Positions 45,900 through 55,318 of a stretch of 64,000 bases of DNA are shown here, piece by piece; positions within the stretch are counted from its first letter, which is position 1; each line of letters starts with the position of its first letter. Under the pieces are notes generated by a model. It was given only the letters and a program-made list of their open reading frames with translations. It made no database searches and had not been told where the DNA came from. This DNA is from Flavobacteriales bacterium. GTDB taxonomy: Bacteria; Bacteroidota; Bacteroidia; Flavobacteriales_F; PHOS-HE28. The stretch covers positions 29,753 through 93,752 of the forward strand of contig JADJRW010000024.1 in assembly GCA_016712025.1 (NCBI GenBank). Reading direction: 5' to 3'. Both the position numbers and the translations under genes were made by a program.

Positions 45900-47104
45900 A
45901 TGAGCGCCCCCGCCGCCGAACGCACCCACCTCCTCGATGCCCTGCGCGGCTTCGCGCTCTTCGGCGTGGTGTTCTCCAACTACGCGGCGTTGGCCTTTGG
46001 CTGTTCCTCACGCCGGAAGAGAAGTCCGCGCTGCCGGGCTCCTTCCTGGATGCGCCGCTGCATTGGATCCACATGGTGCTGATTGACGGCAAGTTCTACT
46101 CGATCTTCTCCATGCTCTTCGGCATCGGCTTCGGGTTCTTCCTGGCGAAGGGCAACGATGGCCTGCTGCGTTTCTACCGCCGCATGTTCATCCTGCTGAT
46201 CATCGGTTGGCTGCACCTGCGCTACCTGTGGAACGGCGACATCCTCTTCCTCTATGCCGTGCTCGGCCTTCTATTGCCGCTGTTCAGGGCCGCGTGGGGA
46301 TCGCACCTTGCTCATCACTGCGACTGTGCTTCTGCTCATGCCCATCGCCATCGACACGGTGAAGGTGATGACGGATGACGCCTTCGACCCGGGCGCATAT
46401 CCGCGCGTCATGGCCGATGCAGGCTCGAAAAGCGCGGACTTACCAAATGGAAATGCACCACACCGTGCTGAACGGTGGCATGCACGAGTTCATGGAAAGT
46501 CGCAAGATCGCCTGGCTCTGGCGCATGGAGAACCTGCTCGTCAGCAATCGCATCCCGAAGGTCTTCGCCATGTTCCTCATCGGCCTATGGGTTGAGCCGT
46601 CGCAAGCTCTTCGTGGACCCCGGCGCGCATGCACCGCTGCTCAAGCGCGTGCTATTGGTCGGCGCAGTGATCGGATTGCCGGGGTGCATACTCACGCATT
46701 GGGCACAGGAGAACTTGGAGGAATTGCCCCTGGCCGAAGGCTTGTGGGGAACACTTGGTTACACCCTCGGAGTAGTTCCGTTGGCCATGGCCTATGCCAG
46801 TGGCTTCGCACTGCTCTGGACGAAGGCCCGTTGGCATGGTGCGCTGAACGTATTCGCACCGATGGGTCGCATGGCGCTCACCAACTACCTGATGCAGACG
46901 ATCATCGCCGTCTTCCTGTTCACTGGCATGGGCTTCGGCTGGGGCACCCACGTCAGCGCGATCACGTTCGAGTCATTGGCTGTTGGAGTATTCATCCTTG
47001 AAGTGCTCTGGAGCCATTGGTGGTTGAAGCGCTTTCAATTCGGGCCTATGGAGTGGATTTGGCGGTCGCTGACGTATGGCAAAGTGATCGCGATGCGGAA
47101 GTGA
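45900..47104 (+). pseudogene. DUF418/YeiB-like membrane protein, about 4 frame breaks (near 45985, 46290, 46432 and 46590)
   Basis: The pieces MSAPAAERTHLLDALRGFALFGVVFSNYAALA / LWLFLTPEEKSALPGSFLDAPLHWIHMVLIDGKFYSIFSMLFGIGFGFFLAKG...LLPLFR / RDRTLLITATVLLLMPIAIDTV... / MHEFMESRKIAWLWRMENLLVSNRIPKVFAMFLIGLWV / RRKLFVDPGAHAPLLKRVLLVG...APMGRMALTNYLMQTIIAVFLF...WLKRFQFGPMEWIWRSLTYG lie in frames 0, 2, 0, 1 and 2. Confidence 0.75.
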
Positions 47105-47626
47105 TCAGGCGTAGTCTCGTTCCACCAACGCCTCGTGGTGCTGCACATGGTATATGGTGAAGAACAACATCTCGCGTACCGTGAGCTTGCCGAGCAGCGG
47201 ATGGGGTAGGAGGTAGTGGTCGAGATCCTCTTCCGACCAACCGTTCACCCGACGGACCAGGGTGTTGACGATGCGTTGCAGCGTGGCAGAGATCCGTTCC
47301 ACCTCGCTCGCGGGAACGATCGGGGGCACGAACTGCCCCGAGGCCTTGCCCCCGGCCGCGAGCTTCTCCTTGTAGCGCACCACCAGTGCCTCGTAGTCAC
47401 GCGGCGCACGGTTCGGTTTTCCGAACCGCCAGCGCAGGAACCACTTGGGAACGAGCATCGCGAGAGCAACAGGCCGCACAGCCCGCAGGATGTGTTCCAG
47501 ATGTTGTGCCGGCGTCCATTTGTCATTGCGCGATCGATCCAGCTGATCGTGGGGTAACGCTCGCACGCGTGTGATGAAGGCTTCGTGGCCCCTCAGCAAG
47601 GAAGCGTTGATCGCAGCCCTGTCCAT
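47105..47626 (-). CDS. DinB-family protein
   Basis: 173 aa. ...KWTPAQHLEHILRAV... and ...MLFFTIYHVQHHEALV give the His-triad spacing of the DinB four-helix bundle. Confidence 0.8.
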   Translation of the reverse strand: MDRAAINASLLRGHEAFITRVRALPHDQLDRSRNDKWTPAQHLEHILRAVRPVALAMLVPKWFLRWRFGKPNRAPRDYEALVVRYKEKLAAGGKASGQFVPPIVPASEVERISATLQRIVNTLVRRVNGWSEEDLDHYLLPHPLLGKLTVREMLFFTIYHVQHHEALVERDYA

Positions 47627-47633
47627 GCCCCGG

Positions 47634-48044
47634 TCAGATGGTGGCGATCACCTTCAACTCGATCGCGATCGGCGTCGGCAGGCAGTTGATCTCCAAGGTG
47701 GTGCGGCACGGCGGGTCCTTCTCGAAGTACTCCTTCCACAAGCGGTTGTAGGTCGGGAAGTCGTCCTTCATGTTGGTGAGGTACACGGTCACATCCACGA
47801 TCTTCTCCCAGCTGCTTCCCGCATCCTCCAGGATCCAGCGCACGTTCTGGAACACACTGCGCACCTGCGTCTCGATGTCGTAGGAAGCGATCGTTCCATC
47901 GGCGTTCAGCTCCACACCGGGAATCTTCTTCGTGCCACGCTCACGCGGCCCGACACCACTGAGGAACAACAGATCGCCCACGCGGCGCGCATGGGGGTAG
48001 TGACCAACAGGTTCAGGGGCTTTGTTGCTGTCGATGCTGCTCAT
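47634..48044 (-). CDS. RidA/YjgF-family reactive-intermediate deaminase
   Basis: 136 aa. APEPVGHYPHARRVGDLLFLSGVGP, VDVTVYLTNMKDDF and PCRTTLEINCLPTPIAIEL are classic YjgF/RidA blocks. Confidence 0.9.
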   Translation of the reverse strand: MSSIDSNKAPEPVGHYPHARRVGDLLFLSGVGPRERGTKKIPGVELNADGTIASYDIETQVRSVFQNVRWILEDAGSSWEKIVDVTVYLTNMKDDFPTYNRLWKEYFEKDPPCRTTLEINCLPTPIAIELKVIATI

Positions 48045-48136
48045 GCGGAATGGGATCGCACAAAGGTGCTGGTTCAGCAGGAGACGATGATCATTGGTCT
48101 TCCGTCACACCTTTGTACCCCAACCCACCACGAGCC

Positions 48137-49357
48137 ATGAGACGCCTTCTCGTTCTTCTTCTGTTGCTGGGTGTGTTGCGCTCCGCCGGGGCGCAGATCA
48201 CCTGGTCCGCCTGTACCATGCCAATGAACACCTTGACGGTGCTGACGGTCGGTCCCTATGGCGAGATCGTCACCCTGCTGCCCACCAACCCGGCGCAGCC
48301 GCGCATCAGCACGGATCAGGGACAGAGCTGGCAAAGTTTCCCCGGTACCGGTGGGCCGAACGGCATGCTGCTCTCGGACCAATGCCTGCACGTCACCAAC
48401 ACCGGCGCCATCCTGATCTGGGGAACCGTCACAGGGGGCAGCGCCTACCAGGTGTGGCGCAGCGCGGACGGCGGCAACACCTTCACCTCGGTAGGCAGTG
48501 GCAATGGCGTTCCGCCCAGCCGCTTCTTCTTCGACTTCGTGTCGAGCCCCAACGGCGATATCTACCTCTACGGCGAGGGCGTGCTCCATTCATCGGATGA
48601 TGGACAGAATTGGACCAGCATCGTGAACGCCACCACGAACTTGAGCGCACTGACAGCGAACTCCACCACACTTTATGGCGCCCAATTCAGCGCCATCTAT
48701 CGGGGTGCTTTGGACGGTACCGGCTTCGCAGGTTCCAACACGAGCGGGGTGTTCGTCACCGATGGCAGGGATCTGGCGCGGGGTATGAACGAACGCATCA
48801 TAGCAGTGGGAGGTGATGACCGCGTGATCACCACGTGGGATGACGGAAACCTGTGGTGGACCGCGAGCGCTGGCCTCGGCTTGGTGCCACCGGAATGGGA
48901 GCATGTCGCGGCGTCCTTGTCCAGCGATACCTGGGTGATCGGAAAGCAGACGAGCGTGCGCTTCACCGATGACGCTGGTGCTTCATGGATCACCGCGGAG
49001 ACCGGCCTTGCCCTGGCGCCGAACGAACCGATCCAAGGCATCTTCTGCGATTCCGTGGGAACGTTCTATCTGTACGGCTACTTCCACCTCTATCGGGCCG
49101 ACATCGGCACCAGCGTTCACGCCACCACCTCGCTCGATCGGAGCAGTGTGTTCCCGAATCCCACGACGGGCACCGTCCGGCTCGACGCGAAGTTCACGGG
49201 CGAAGCCTGTCTGGTGTTCGATCCATCCGGCCGCGAAGTGATGCGCGCCCGCGTCGGCTATGAGGGAACCATGGATCTTGGCCTATTGGAGACCGGACAG
49301 TATTTCCTGCGAACGGCGGACGATCCTTCGGTCGTATCCGTGCAGGTGAGGCATTGA
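48137..49357 (+). CDS. BNR/Asp-box repeat beta-propeller protein with T9SS tail
   Basis: Signal MRRLLVLLLLLGVLRSAGAQ. Asp-boxes STDQGQSW, SADGGNTF, SSDDGQNW, TWDDGNLW and TDDAGASW. C-terminal SVFPNPTTGTVRLDAKF...GQYFLRT. Confidence 0.85.
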   Translation: MRRLLVLLLLLGVLRSAGAQITWSACTMPMNTLTVLTVGPYGEIVTLLPTNPAQPRISTDQGQSWQSFPGTGGPNGMLLSDQCLHVTNTGAILIWGTVTGGSAYQVWRSADGGNTFTSVGSGNGVPPSRFFFDFVSSPNGDIYLYGEGVLHSSDDGQNWTSIVNATTNLSALTANSTTLYGAQFSAIYRGALDGTGFAGSNTSGVFVTDGRDLARGMNERIIAVGGDDRVITTWDDGNLWWTASAGLGLVPPEWEHVAASLSSDTWVIGKQTSVRFTDDAGASWITAETGLALAPNEPIQGIFCDSVGTFYLYGYFHLYRADIGTSVHATTSLDRSSVFPNPTTGTVRLDAKFTGEACLVFDPSGREVMRARVGYEGTMDLGLLETGQYFLRTADDPSVVSVQVRH

Positions 49358-49359
49358 AT

Positions 49360-49389
49360 AGAAGAGGCCCCGTCCCCGGAGCCTCTTCT
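49360..49389 (+). terminator. Rho-independent terminator candidate
   Basis: AGAAGAGGC / GCCTCTTCT perfect 9-bp stem with a 12-nt loop, immediately after the TGA at 49355-49357. Followed by TGTTGG. Confidence 0.5.
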
Positions 49390-49634
49390 TGTTGGCGTGC
49401 GCAAGGCGCACCTCACGTTGCCGTTAGGCCGGGCCGTGCCCTCCCGGGCAAGCAAAACACGTTCGGTGCAGGGGCCGCTGCTCGCGGGTCCCCGTTGTTC
49501 GGTGCGCGCGGAGGGGATGCATATCGCTGGATGGACCGGGGCAAGAGTCATTGGCCACTGGGAGGTCCGTTTGAAGCCAGTATCACAGTTGTGGAAGTTG
49601 TGAACGGCGGTTGATAACGATCCACCTTTGCGCT

Positions 49635-50624
49635 ATGACCATGCGCTACCGCCGCCTCGGCACCTCCGGCCTCCAAGTCTCCGAACTCTCCCTGGGCTCC
49701 TGGCTCACCTTCGGCAAGCAGATCACCGATGCCATGGCCGAAAAGCTCATGCGCATCGGCTATGAAGGCGGGATCAATTTTTTCGACAACGCCGAGATCT
49801 ACGCGCGCGGCGAAAGCGAGCGGGTGATGGGCAGGATCCTGAAGAAGGTGAAGTGGCCCCGCGATACGTGGATCGTGAGCAGCAAGGTCTTCTTCGGCTC
49901 CGGAGGGAAACTGCCCACGCAGACCGGCCTGCACCGCAAGCATGTGGTGGAAGCCTGCAACGATGCGCTCAAGCGCCTGCAAGTGGAGTACGTCGACCTC
50001 TACTTCTGCCATCGGCCGGACAAGAACACGCCGATCGAAGAGACCGTGTGGACCATGCACCAATTGATCCTGGCCGGCAAGATCCTCTATTGGGGCACCA
50101 GTGAGTGGAGCGCACAGGAGATCATGGAAGCGCACATGATCGCGAAACAGCACCACTTGATCGGGCCCATCATGGAGCAACCGCAATACAACATGTTCCA
50201 CCGCGACAAGGTGGAAGTGGAGTACGGGCGGATCTACAAGACCGTTGGCTTGGGCACCACCATTTGGAGCCCGTTAGCCAGCGGCATCCTCAGCGGGAAA
50301 CACACCCTTGATGGTGCCAAGAGCAGCCGCCTTCGCATGGCCGGCCTCGACTGGCTCCGCGAACGTGAGCTCACCACCGAACGCTTGAAGAAAGTGGAGA
50401 AGTTGAAGGCCGTTGCGCAGAAGCTCGATCTGTCGCTGCCGGTGATGGCCCTCGCCTGGTGCCTGAAGAACCCGCAGGTGAGCACCGTGATCCTCGGCGC
50501 CAGCAAGGAAGCCCAGTTGAAAGAGAACCTCCACGCGGTGGAGGCCCAAGACAAGCTGACGCCGGATGTGATGGCGCGCATCGGGAAGGTCTTGGACAAT
50601 ACGCCAGTGGGGCCCCTGTTCTGA
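49635..50624 (+). CDS. Aldo/keto reductase (Kv-beta/AKR6-like)
   Basis: MTMRYRRLGTSGLQVSELSLGSWLTFG, FFDNAEIYARGESE, YVDLYFCHRPD, ILYWGTSEWS and IMEQPQYNMF. Confidence 0.9.
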   Translation: MTMRYRRLGTSGLQVSELSLGSWLTFGKQITDAMAEKLMRIGYEGGINFFDNAEIYARGESERVMGRILKKVKWPRDTWIVSSKVFFGSGGKLPTQTGLHRKHVVEACNDALKRLQVEYVDLYFCHRPDKNTPIEETVWTMHQLILAGKILYWGTSEWSAQEIMEAHMIAKQHHLIGPIMEQPQYNMFHRDKVEVEYGRIYKTVGLGTTIWSPLASGILSGKHTLDGAKSSRLRMAGLDWLRERELTTERLKKVEKLKAVAQKLDLSLPVMALAWCLKNPQVSTVILGASKEAQLKENLHAVEAQDKLTPDVMARIGKVLDNTPVGPLF

Positions 50625-50782
50625 GCGTATACCCACGTTACCACCGCTTCCTGCGCCCTGAACGGGGTGCGAGAGGGCGAGCACTGGAGGACCTGTAGCA
50701 TCCATCCACGCGCCGAAGGGCGTCGTCCCTCGCTGTGCCGACCTGGCTGCGAAAAGGTCGAGCGGAGCGGGTTCCCTTCGGA

Positions 50783-51004
50783 CTAGGAGGCGAGGTACTT
50801 GATCTCCGCGCGCAGGAATCGGATCACATCGTCGGTATCCTCGATGTTGCTCCGGGACTTCTTCTGCGCCTCGCGCTGCAATTCCATGCGCACGAGGTAG
50901 GCCTCACAAGCGCGCTTGCGCTCGGCCTTGTTGGTAATGGACTTCAACTTCAGCTTGATGAACCCGGACGAGAGGATACTGGCTGGCTTTTTCGGGGTCG
51001 GCAT
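50783..51004 (-). CDS. Small basic hypothetical protein (73 aa)
   Basis: ATG-initiated ORF, Lys/Arg-rich and helical (…KAERKRACEAYLVRMELQREAQKK…), in an otherwise ORF-poor stretch. No motif recognised. Confidence 0.4.
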   Translation of the reverse strand: MPTPKKPASILSSGFIKLKLKSITNKAERKRACEAYLVRMELQREAQKKSRSNIEDTDDVIRFLRAEIKYLAS

Positions 51005-51474
51005 AGTGTTGCTTAGAGGGCTTACAAGCGGGAAAAGTACACTTTCGCGCCTCTTTTCCTAGGACGGATCGCTGTTCGAGTCTGTTCGGCCCGTCCACAT
51101 GGGCTTGAATACGCAGGCCAGTGCAGGCCATTCGCCCCCAGAGCCTTACTTCTCGAACCCCACGTTCGTGGGCTCTTTCTCCCCATCGGTCATAGGGGAG
51201 GCAGTGCCGTCATCGGTGAACTCGAGCACATCGAACCGGATCTGGCCCATGCCAGTGAGCAGGGCGCCATAGGCAAGCTTTGTGGCCCCCTTCGGACGTC
51301 TTAGGACTACTTCGTAGCGCATCCGGTCGGTGGTGCCGCTGATGGCGCGGTCCTGCATGTGGTCGAAGGCTAGGGGAGGCCTGCCCTTCACTCCTCCCCG
51401 TTGGTCCCCCTTACGCCCACCTCAGGTTCCCGCCCCTGTCCCTTACCCGTCCCAGCTCGCTGGTTATACTCGAC

Positions 51475-51499
51475 AAAACCCGCTCTGGGTGCGGGTTTT
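51475..51499 (-). terminator. Hairpin terminator downstream of tRNA-Ala (symmetrical A4/T4 flanks)
   Basis: AAAACCCGC-tctgggt-GCGGGTTTT, a perfect 9-bp stem with a 7-nt loop. On the minus strand it follows the tRNA 3' end and ends in TTTT. Confidence 0.65.
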
Positions 51500-51508
51500 G
51501 GAGGGGGG

Positions 51509-51585
<77 letters not shown>

Positions 51586-51703
51586 TAGGTCATCCGCTCG
51601 GCGACGAACGGACGGCAAAAGTAGTAGAAGATCGGATCTCCGCTTGGGTGGAAGATCATGCGCTAGGCACTGCCTGCCTCAGCGGTTTCTGCGATCTTGC
51701 GTT

Positions 51704-52532
51704 GTGATCACCACCCACGTCTTCCACCCCACCGACCTGTCCGTAGGGAGCGCGCCGTCCTTCCATCACGCGGTGCGCCTAGCGTTGAGCGGTCCGGCGC
51801 GGCTTACGGCCATGCATGTGCCCGAAGTGGGAGGTGTACAGGTGGAACTGCCGGGTGTGCGGCAGGTGCTGGTGCGCTGGAAGAAATTGCGGGACGCCGA
51901 GGATGAGAAGGGGCTGAGGCGCTGCGCCTCTCCGTACGCAAAGCGGTGACGGGAGAGGGAGACGCGGTGGACGGTTGTCTGGCCCACTTGATCCGCCATC
52001 CCGCTCAATGGTTGGTGCTCAGCACGGGGCAACGCAAAGGGGCGGCGCTCTGGTTGAACGGTTCAGTGGCGGAGGCATTGGTGCGCAGGTCCCGGATCAA
52101 TGCGCTTGTGCTGCCCTTGGGGTGCCGGGCTTCGTGCTGCCGGAGGATGGACGCGTGGTGTTGAAGCGCGTGCTGCTTCCCGTAGGCCCGCCGCAGTTGG
52201 CCCGAATGGCCACGATGGGACTGGCGCAACTCCTGGACCGCTATGCCTGCCAGCAGGTGCAGGTGGTCCTGCTCGCGGTAGGCGAGGGCACCATGCCCGC
52301 CGATCTGCGGGATCGCCTTCCGGCCAAGGCGGAAGTGATCCAACGCACGGAGAACGGAGACCTCGTGCCCACCATCCTGGATACCTGCGATCGCATGGCG
52401 GCGGATCTGGTGGTCATGTCCACCGAGGGGCACGATAGCTGGACGGACAGCCTGTGGGGAAGCCATACGGAACAGGTGCTACGCAGCGCCCGGGTGCCGC
52501 TGCTGGTGGTGCCGTCCAAGTTACCGGGCTGA
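51704..52532 (+). pseudogene. Tandem universal stress protein (UspA-like), two frame breaks at G4 runs (51910-51913 and 52119-52122)
   Basis: GTG 51704 gives (M)ITTHVFHPTDLSVGSAPSFHHAVRLAL... The protein continues EALRLSVRKAVTGEGDAVDGCLAHLIRHPAQWLVLSTGQRKGAALWLNGSVAEALVRRSRINALVLPLG in a second frame. It ends VPGFVLPEDGRVVLKRVLLPVG...ADLVVMSTEGHDSWTDSLWGSHTEQVLRSARVPLLVVP in a third. Confidence 0.7.
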
Positions 52533-52537
52533 GCCCG

Positions 52538-55247
52538 CTAGCGCTTCGCCGACCGCCCCTTGCTCGCGGATCTCTGGCGACGGTGCAGACCCATCAGGTA
52601 GGCATGGAAGGCGAGCTTGCTATGTATGGCCGCCTCCTCTTTCTCGCGCGGAACGTAGGCGTTCCGCTGGTCCGCGTCGATCGACCTGGCCTTGACACGG
52701 TCCCGCCATTGCAGGTCCAGAAAGCGATGCACTTGGGCACGCAACTCTTCATCCTCCAGCGGAAAGGCGTCTCCACACGGCGGTCGAGATTGCGCTCCAT
52801 CAGGTCCGCACTGGCGAGATAGGTGGTCATACGGCCCCGGTCATGGAACAGGTACACGCGGGCGTGTTCCAAGTAGCGGTCCACGATACTGATGGCCCGC
52901 ACGCGGTCGCTCACGTTCGGAAGACCAGGCACCAGGCAACAGATGCCGCGCAGAATGAGTTGCACCTCCACCCCGGCCCGGCTGGCGTCATAGAGCTTGT
53001 GGATCATGCTGGTGTCCTCCAGACTGTTGAGCTTGAAGACGATGCGCGCCGGACGCCCCTTCAAGGCCTGCTCGATCTCGCGGTCGATCATTTCCTCCAA
53101 TCTGCTGCGTAGATCGATCGGGGCCATCAGCAGATGGCGCAACGCGGGCACATGGCGCCGGTCCATCAAATAGGAGAACACCTCCTGCACCTCGCGCGTG
53201 ATCGCCGCCTGGGCGGTAAGCAGCCCCACGTCAGAATACACCTGGGCTGTGCGTTCGTTGAAGTTCCCAGTGCCTAGGTAGGCGTAGCGCCGCAGCCGAC
53301 CGCCCTCCGAACGTTGAACAAGGCACAGTTTGCCATGCACTTTGAGCCCCTCATAGCTGTAAAGCACTTTGGCTCCCGCCTTCTCCAGGGCCTCGCCCCA
53401 GTAAAGGTTGGAGCGTTCATCGAAACGTGCTTGCACTTCCACGAACACCGTGATCTGCTTGCCGTTGCGCAAGGCTTCCAGCAGGGCTTGGCAGATCAAC
53501 GATCCATACGCCACCCGGTAGAGGGTGATGGCGATCGAGCGCACCGCCCTATCCTTCGCGGCCTGCTGGAGCCACCGCACCAACAGGCCGAAATCGTGGT
53601 AAGGGAAGTGAAGCAATTGGTCGCTGTCCGAGACCGCTCGGAACAGGTCCTTCCGCCCGGTCAAGCCGGGATGCGGTACCATGGCCAATGGCTTGTCCCG
53701 CAGATCGGGACGTTCCTTCACCGGCAAATTGAGCAGATCGCTGAAGTTGTGATATCGCCCACCGGGCACTACGTCCGGCGGACGCAGGCCGAGGAAGGCG
53801 ATGATCGCTTTCAGCAGGGGCTTCGGCATGGCCTGGTCGAACAGGAAACGGGAGGGCATCCCCGTCTGCCGCTTACGCAGGCTCTTGCGCACCTTGTCCA
53901 CCACCTTGCCTGTGAACTCCTCCTCTAAGTAGAGATCAGCATCGCGCGAGAGTTTGATGGCATGCACGGAGATCATGCGGTGGCCTTTGAACGTGCGGTG
54001 CAGGCAAAGGCGGAGCACGTCATCCAGGAACATGAGTTCGTTGCGGCCTCGGGCCGAAGGGAGTTGCACGAACCGCCCCAGTTCCTCGCTGGGTACGTTC
54101 ACCACCACGCGTTTCTCCTTGCGCGAGCCCTTGGGTCGCAGGCGCAGACCAAGTACAGACGCCGATCCTCCACGAAGAGGGCATTGCCCGGACGCATCGT
54201 GGCCGTGGTCAACAACGGTTCCACCCGTTCGTGGTAGAACTCCTTCGCGAAGGCCTCCTGTTTCGCGGACAATTGTGTCTCGTTGATGATACGGATGCCT
54301 TGCCGTGCCAGGGCCGGCAGCAATTTGCCGCGATAGAGCGCGCCGAATTCCTGCAGCTGTCCTAGCGCTTTCGCGTTGATCCGTGCCACCAGCCGGTCCG
54401 GGGTGATGCCCAATGCTGTGCGGTCGTGCTTCCCCAACTTCACGAGCGACCGCAGGGAGGCCACGCGCACTCGGTAGAACTCATCGAGGTTGCTGGAGTA
54501 GATGGCCAGGAACTTGATGCGCTCCAACAACGGCACATGCTCGTCCTGGGCTTCCTGCAATACCCGGTCGTTGAACGAAAGCCAGCTCAGATCGCGATCG
54601 AACAAAGGCCACTTCCCCGGCTTGGGCACCTTCTCGTTCTTCAACTGGCCGCCCACGCGCAACTTGGGCCGTTTGAGGTTGATCGCCTTCTGCGGCCCGA
54701 AACGGCTCCGGGCGTAGGCGGTGTGGAACTGGTGCGCGGTGAGGTACGCCAGGTTCTCGTGCGACCAATCCGTTTTCTTGATCGCCTTGCCATGCACCAA
54801 CTGTAGTTCGATACGCAGCCGTTCCGCACGCGCCTCGAAATCCACCTGGCCGGCCTTGGCCGAATCGGCATCGCGCAATACGCGCTGTAGTATTCCGCGC
54901 GGGGTGGCACCAAGGCGCGTGCTGTTGATCGTCGCGCTCACCCGCTCACGGTCCCGTGTTGCGAATTTGGCTTGACGCAGGAACCCACGCGCGATCCGCG
55001 CGCTCTCTTTTTCGTGGCCCGCATAGGCCTGCGCGTACCCCGCATCGTGGAAAAGCGCCGCTATCTCCAGGAGCAGCAGGTCGCGGACCGATAGCTTCAT
55101 CGCACGGCCGATCTCCAGTGCCGTGCGTGTTACGGAGAGCGTGTGGTCCAGGTCGTGGAAGACGAATTCCGGGGGTATCGCTTTGCTGAAATGGCGACGG
55201 ATGAACAACCGCGCGCTCTCCAGGGTCGCCTCGTTCGCCTTCCTCAT
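52538..55247 (-). pseudogene. ppk1: Polyphosphate kinase 1 with an about 215-aa N-terminal HD-domain extension; two frame breaks (near 54150 and near 52770)
   Basis: HD part: VFHDLDHTLSV, ALFHDAGYAQ and LRDADSAKAG. PPK1 N-domain: DLSWLSFNDRVLQEAQDEHVPLLERIKFLAIYSSNLDEFYRVRVASLR. The middle and C-terminal domains lie in ORF 52594..54108 (VVVNVPSEELGRFVQLP...YLGTGNFNERTAQVYSDVGL...SADLMERNLDRRVE). The tail FPLEDEELRAQVHRFLDLQWRDRVKARSIDADQRNAYV lies in ORF 52538..52744. Confidence 0.85.
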
Positions 55248-55296
55248 CGCGTGGCAAAGTAAGTGCCCGGCCCGGCCTGGCACGGGGACAGCCTTC

Positions 55297-55304
55297 TATA
55301 TTTG
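55297..55304 (+). promoter_or_regulatory. Exact match to the Bacteroidetes -7 promoter element TAnnTTTG
   Basis: TATATTTG lies 15 nt upstream of the ATG at 55319, in the divergent ppk1/SiaB-like intergenic region. No clear -33 TTG partner was seen. Confidence 0.3.
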
Positions 55305-55318
55305 GCCGGCCCGGCCGG

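Noticed and set aside
51146-51391. 81-aa ORF (MKGRPPLAFDHMQDRAISG...) downstream of the tRNA terminator.
   Set aside because: There is no recognisable motif, no signal sequence and no convincing start context. It may be a gene fragment, and I cannot support it as a feature.
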